This document shows, one piece after another, positions 59,330 to 64,000 of a stretch of 64,000 nucleotides of DNA. The DNA lies in the NCBI GenBank assembly GCA_964230645.1, contig CAXRHT010000002.1, positions 1,504,001-1,568,000 of the forward strand. Reading direction: 5' to 3'. How positions within the stretch are numbered: the first letter of the stretch is position 1; each line of letters begins with the position of its first letter. The position numbers and the translations under genes were made by a program. The notes beneath the pieces are model-generated. The model was given only the letters and a program-made list of their open reading frames with translations, had not been told where the DNA came from and did not search any database. This DNA is from Bdellovibrionales bacterium (GTDB lineage: Bacteria; Bdellovibrionota; Bdellovibrionia; Bdellovibrionales; JAGQZY01).

Positions 59330-60005
59330 AATCAAGAAGATACTGGTAAACGAGTTTTTGTGAAACAAACTCTAACCCAGCCTCTCCAGACTTGTCAGCA
59401 TTTTCCTTTTTCCAAACCACTCGGGCACTCATTGTGCGTTGTTTTTGGATCTTCTCAAAGTTGAAGTGAAGCCGTAGGAGATCTCCCTTTTTGAGCCCCT
59501 CCATATTGCCTTCGATTCGAACTCCACTGCGAGAAATATTACAAATCGTGGTCTCCATCTCAAAGTCTGAGCTATAGGCTTGAATGGTTGCGTGTTCTCT
59601 AACGTCAAAGCGTTGATCTCTGCGTCCGCGCATGTCCTCAATATTAATGCAGTTCTTCACCAGTCCTTGCAGCTGCTCAGGCTCATAAGGTCTTTCAAGC
59701 AGATAAATGGCCCGATTGGCGGCCAGCTCTTTTCTATCAAATTCCGGTGACATGCGTCCCAGAAAAACAATAGGTCCTGAAAATCCCGTCTTTCTCATCT
59801 TCACAACAAGTGGAAAAATCATTTTAGTAATAATACTGATATCGAAAACAACGACGTGGCAATTCTCATCGAGTCCTGATTGCAAGAAAGATGGACGGAT
59901 CGACGTGACTTTTATATCTTCTAAAGATGTGAGCAAAGGCTCTAATTCACTTTTAATGAGCCGCAACTGCTCCTGATTCTGGCCACTTATAACCAGCTTC
60001 TTCAC
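59316..60005 (-). CDS. Degenerate receiver plus PilZ domain protein
   Basis: RRDQRF (RxxxR) and NISRSG; ARVVW...GLEF. Confidence 0.85.
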   Translation of the reverse strand: MKKLVISGQNQEQLRLIKSELEPLLTSLEDIKVTSIRPSFLQSGLDENCHVVVFDISIITKMIFPLVVKMRKTGFSGPIVFLGRMSPEFDRKELAANRAIYLLERPYEPEQLQGLVKNCINIEDMRGRRDQRFDVREHATIQAYSSDFEMETTICNISRSGVRIEGNMEGLKKGDLLRLHFNFEKIQKQRTMSARVVWKKENADKSGEAGLEFVSQKLVYQYLLDYAVA

Positions 60006-60100
60006 AAGTCCCCCCCTTGTGTATTCAATAAAATCTCTTTAAAATTTTAAGTCCATTTTATTCTACTGGGAAGACACTGTCTCACTCTGAGAAATAATGG

Positions 60101-60787
60101 CTAAAATTCATTCAGTAGGGCTTCGTACACCGTCGACTTAGAAACAAACTTCAAGCCTGCCATACGGTCAGCCGTACCTACCTCACCTGATGTCCAGACA
60201 ACCTCTGCCGACATGGTGTGGTTTTTCTTGAGTTCATCGAGCTCAAAGCAGACTCGCAAAAGATCACCTTTTGATAAGTCACTTAATTCACCCACGATAT
60301 GAACTCCTCCCTTGGATATATTGGAGATCAACGAATAGGAACTAAAGTCCTTGTTGTAGGACTCCAAGAGAGCTTTTTGTTGAGTATCAAAACGACGAAA
60401 GCGACGCTGATGCACTTGTGCGTCTTTTAGATACTTGATGGCAATACCCTGGAGATCTTTATTCTCATAGGGCTTTTCAATAATTGTTACATTTTTGAGA
60501 TCGGCAAATTGATCAATAAGACGAGGATCAGGAACTTTCACAAGTAAAAGGATGGGGCCAAGATACCCCAGAGAGCGCCAGTGGGAGATGCTACTTCTCA
60601 TTGCCGAGTTAAAATGTTGGCAGTTATAAACCAAGAGATTGTATTTGTTATTGATCATACTTGGTAAATTAGCGGGACGAGAGCCAACGAATTGGGCCGC
60701 ACCCACATGTTTTTCGATGGGATGAAGTCGTTTTTCAATAAGGCTATTATCACTTTCATTGCGACTGACTATCAGTACTTTTAACAT
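60101..60787 (-). CDS. Degenerate receiver plus PilZ domain protein (paralog)
   Basis: RRFRRF and NISKGG; AEVVW...GLKF. Confidence 0.85.
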   Translation of the reverse strand: MLKVLIVSRNESDNSLIEKRLHPIEKHVGAAQFVGSRPANLPSMINNKYNLLVYNCQHFNSAMRSSISHWRSLGYLGPILLLVKVPDPRLIDQFADLKNVTIIEKPYENKDLQGIAIKYLKDAQVHQRRFRRFDTQQKALLESYNKDFSSYSLISNISKGGVHIVGELSDLSKGDLLRVCFELDELKKNHTMSAEVVWTSGEVGTADRMAGLKFVSKSTVYEALLNEF

Positions 60788-60818
60788 GAATATCCTCTCG
60801 TTAAACCCGTCACTAAAC

Positions 60819-60845
60819 TCTTCGGAGTGACTCGTTTGAATCTTA
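60819..60845 (-). promoter_or_regulatory. Putative sigma28 promoter for the PilZ genes
   Basis: Minus strand TAAG-N15-TCCGAAGA. Confidence 0.5.
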
Positions 60846-61100
60846 CGGTCCTGTACGAAACTGAAGCAGAAACTGTTTCTTTTTGATAATATTCCTTCTC
60901 ACAACGAAGCTCTTTAAAAGGCGACCAGAGGTTTGACAATTCCAGGGAATTTCGAAAAGGAAATAGCACAAGTGCTTAGAAATGGTTGGGTTTCATAGAA
61001 GTCTATTTTTTTAAAATGAAACAAGATCTGAGAGAATGTTGCTTAATTAAGAGGGGCCATTCAGCCAGCCAAAGAGATAAAATGACTTTATTTAAGACAT

Positions 61101-61130
61101 AAAAAAAGGGAGTTTAAAAACTCCCTTTTT
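61101..61130 (-). terminator. Rho-independent terminator of citrate synthase
   Basis: AAAAAAAGGGAGTTT-AAAAACTCCCTTTTT. Confidence 0.85.
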
Positions 61131-61133
61131 ATT

Positions 61134-62261
61134 TTAGCGCTTCTCGATGGGCACATATTTTTGATTGGTTTTTCCAACCCATTTTCCTCGCGGTCGATAG
61201 ATTCGGTTATTGGAATACTGCTCAAGGATATGAGCGATCCAACCCGAGACACGACTTGTGGCAAAAATCGGAGTAAAAATATCGAGAGGAATCCCCATGC
61301 TGTAATACACACTGGCAGAATAGAAATCCACGTTGGGAAGAAGACCCTTACGCTCTTTCATTTCCTCGTCAAGAATGGTGGACATCTTGAACCACTGAGG
61401 CTCCTTAGAGTTCTCAGTCATTTCTTTACTCATAGAGCGCAAGATCTTCGCGCGAGGATCACCATTTTTATAAACACGGTGACCAAATCCCATAATTTTT
61501 CTTTTTTCACTCAGAGCTTTCTCAAGCCACGGAACGATTTTATCTTCACTTCCAATTTCTTTCAGAGTGCGCATGACTTGCTCGTTAGCTCCACCGTGAA
61601 GAGGCCCTTTAAGAGCGCCAATTCCACTCACAACGGCTGAGTACATATCACTCAAAGAAGAGGCAGTCACACGACTGGAAAAAGCCGAACAGTTAAGTTC
61701 ATGGTCGGCATGGAGAATAAGACAAGTATCAAATACTTTTACCTTCTCATCATCGGGCTCTTCACCGTTTAGCATATAAAGAAAATTCCAGGCCACAGAC
61801 TTATCGGCTTTAGGCTCAACGAGATCGTGACCTTCTCTTAAACGGTGAAAGGTTGCTACCAATGTCGCCATACGGGCTGTTAAGCGGATGGCTTTACGAT
61901 GGTTGGCTTTTTCGTCCATTGTCTCAGCATCGGGGTCCCAAAGTCCCATGGTGGAAACAGCTGTTCGCAACCATGCCATGGGGTGGCCATCGGTGGGTAA
62001 GTTTTTAAGGGCCGTGATGAGTTTTGGATCAAGAGACATATCTTCGCCAAAAGATTTCTTCAACTCGGTGAGCTCTTCCTTTTTGGGGAGACGGTCATTC
62101 CACAAAAGGAAGACCACTTCTTCAAAGGTGGAGTTCTCAGCCAGATCCTCGATGGTAAAACCTCGGTAACAGAGCGTCGCATCAACGATGGACGAAATAG
62201 CCGTTGTACAAGCAACAACTCCCTCTAGACCTCTATCCACTGCACCTTCATAAACTTCCAT
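61134..62261 (-). CDS. gltA: Citrate synthase, short type (2-methylcitrate synthase not excluded)
   Basis: GLEGVVA, DHELN, GPLHGGANE, MGFGHRVYK, PNVDF; GGGAG RBS before 62261. Confidence 0.85.
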   Translation of the reverse strand: MEVYEGAVDRGLEGVVACTTAISSIVDATLCYRGFTIEDLAENSTFEEVVFLLWNDRLPKKEELTELKKSFGEDMSLDPKLITALKNLPTDGHPMAWLRTAVSTMGLWDPDAETMDEKANHRKAIRLTARMATLVATFHRLREGHDLVEPKADKSVAWNFLYMLNGEEPDDEKVKVFDTCLILHADHELNCSAFSSRVTASSLSDMYSAVVSGIGALKGPLHGGANEQVMRTLKEIGSEDKIVPWLEKALSEKRKIMGFGHRVYKNGDPRAKILRSMSKEMTENSKEPQWFKMSTILDEEMKERKGLLPNVDFYSASVYYSMGIPLDIFTPIFATSRVSGWIAHILEQYSNNRIYRPRGKWVGKTNQKYVPIEKR

Positions 62262-62357
62262 AAATCTCCCTTTCTTGGACACTTCTATTTATAGAGAAAA
62301 ACCGCCTCTATCTAGTGACCGAGCGTTAATTGCTGTGATCTGGAACTCAGAGAATGC

Positions 62358-63248
62358 TCAGTGAGCAAGCTTCATTATTCTCTCTTTAACTTCCGTTACG
62401 ATCACCGTTAAATCTTTTTCTTGTTTCTGACTAAACTTTAAAGCTTGATAGAAAATCTCATTGCGCAGCTCGTGAACATCTTTGCCCACATTTTGCTTAA
62501 TCACTGACAAAATTTCCTCAAGCCCCCAATGATTTCCCCCTTGGTTTTTTAAAGACAGAAAACCAGTGGAACAAAAAATCAACTTGTCCTTGGGGTTCAA
62601 ATCAATGGTTTGATAGTTTAATTTTTGATCATTTTCTGTGTGCTCAGCATCAAAGGCCTGCTCGCGCCCTTTGAGTAGTTCAATGCGTCCCATGGACGAT
62701 TGGAAATGAATCGCTAGAGGTTGGCCCACATTACAGTAGGAGAGCTGAAATTTACGTCGATCAAACATGCCGTAAAAAAGGGAGGCTCTATCTCCCGCCT
62801 TACACTGCTCTTTAAGGTCTGCCAAAATCTCCTGCATCACTTGAGCCGGATCGTTGTTTTTAGAATCCTCAATTTCGTAGGTGAGCTTCATCAACACAGA
62901 CAGAAACAAGGCTGACATTCCATAGCCTGAGGCTGAGGAAAGAAACAGACCAAAGCGCATTTTATCGAAGTGCTCAAAGATATCGAAATAATCGCCCCCA
63001 GAGACACTGCTGGAGCTAAACTTTGTACTAAATTCAAAACCCGGAATATTGGGAAACTCTGTGGGCACGAGAAACTTTTGGATCTTCACCGATTGCTGCA
63101 GCTGGTCATTTACCCGTACAATCAATTTTTCCAGTTCGATATTAGCGGCTGATAATTCTCGTTTATAGATTTTAAGGTCTTGATCTTTTTGAGCAATTTG
63201 CGCCTCAAGTTCCTGAATTTTCTTTTTTAATTCTTGTTCATTGCTCAC
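62358..63248 (-). CDS. SpoIIE/RsbU-like PP2C domain protein with N-terminal coiled coil
   Basis: IQKFLVP, VSGGDYFD, YCNVG. Confidence 0.8.
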   Translation of the reverse strand: MSNEQELKKKIQELEAQIAQKDQDLKIYKRELSAANIELEKLIVRVNDQLQQSVKIQKFLVPTEFPNIPGFEFSTKFSSSSVSGGDYFDIFEHFDKMRFGLFLSSASGYGMSALFLSVLMKLTYEIEDSKNNDPAQVMQEILADLKEQCKAGDRASLFYGMFDRRKFQLSYCNVGQPLAIHFQSSMGRIELLKGREQAFDAEHTENDQKLNYQTIDLNPKDKLIFCSTGFLSLKNQGGNHWGLEEILSVIKQNVGKDVHELRNEIFYQALKFSQKQEKDLTVIVTEVKERIMKLAH

Positions 63249-63346
63249 CTGGATATTGTCGATTTCTCATCACTCGCTGTCAACGAATGTAAGAAACCAA
63301 AGACTTTGGGATTGAAATTTTTTCAAAATTTGTATTTATTCACTCT

Positions 63347-64000
63347 ATGTTATCGGGGGACACACAGGGGACGGGGAGTCCTAACAAGGTCATGACTTTG
63401 CTCAAAGAGCAAGGTCAGCTCGTGGTGGAAATCTGTCATTTCACCCAAGATCTCAATCCTATTTGGCACACCAAGACCACTATTGAAAGCTTGAATCATT
63501 TAAGCCACCCCTTCCTCTTGAGTATAAAAGAGGATGACGACGAAGAAAGGGTTTTCAAAAAAGCCGCTGACTATTTTTTCAACCATCTCAAATTCAAAAG
63601 AGTTCCTGTCAAAAAGCTTAACCTCAATCAGTGTTTCCTACCCACAGTGTTAAAAAACAAACAGGGCCCAACTCCCCTTTTGATGCTGCTTTTTTCAAGC
63701 TTTCTTGAGCAATGCGGCCTTCGGGTACAAATTACCAGCTGCCGCAAACGCTTTCTTTTGAAACTGCAATTGGACGGACGCTCACGTATAGTGGATTTCA
63801 CCAATAAATGTCGCACTCTCGATGCGGATGACATTGTCGAACTGGTCAATTCGGGTTTTAACTTTGCTGAAGGAGCCATGGGACGAGATATTCTCGCGGT
63901 GGAGTATTTTAATCTTTTAAAATCTCAAGCCCGCAAAGAAAACAAGATGCAGATTCTTGCCCTTGTTCATAGTTACCTTATGAAATACCAACCTTTTAAT
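63347..64000 (+). CDS. SirB1/transglutaminase-like protein, runs off window (start 63347 or 63392)
   Basis: Open frame to window end; YFFNHLKF...FLPTVLKNKQG.TPLL...IVDF. Confidence 0.6.
   Translation, partial: MLSGDTQGTGSPNKVMTLLKEQGQLVVEICHFTQDLNPIWHTKTTIESLNHLSHPFLLSIKEDDDEERVFKKAADYFFNHLKFKRVPVKKLNLNQCFLPTVLKNKQGPTPLLMLLFSSFLEQCGLRVQITSCRKRFLLKLQLDGRSRIVDFTNKCRTLDADDIVELVNSGFNFAEGAMGRDILAVEYFNLLKSQARKENKMQILALVHSYLMKYQPFN

Noticed and set aside
63355..63390. G-run cluster (possible G-quadruplex or CsrA sites) at the start of the last gene
   Set aside because: Only three long G runs; explained as RBS or coding sequence

Overview
A 64 kb bacterial chromosomal segment that looks like a predatory Bdellovibrionota genome. 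This is inferred from gene content: a TIGR02147-type regulator, many orphan secreted proteins and lipoproteins, tandem receiver-PilZ proteins and the flg/mltD/lysC and pilT-recX-alaS neighbourhoods. It contains a flagellar flgF-G-A-H-I-J-M-N-K-L-csrA-fliW operon (minus strand, sigma54 promoter), a lytic transglycosylase, aspartokinase, secreted hydrolases (MepA-like endopeptidase, metzincin, trypsin-like protease), a twitch radical SAM gene, recA/cinA and pilT-recX-alaS-mutY. An AT-richer block encodes an atypical chaperone-usher (DUF4402-type) pilus with a two-component system. The rest is housekeeping: DEAD helicase, pcnB, tatA, transketolase, thiBPQ, elbB, ddl, citrate synthase. No rRNA, tRNA, CRISPR array or transposase was seen. 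The most notable signals are non-coding: a structured ~165 nt candidate RNA between flgI and flgJ, and GGA-dense, CsrA-site-like leaders before flgK, csrA and an orphan gene. Together they suggest an undescribed RNA layer on a FliW-CsrA circuit. Other leads are the FliA-promoter pilus block, a REP-like palindrome family and a secreted protein with a RelE-like domain. All assignments come from reading motifs by eye; no database search was run.
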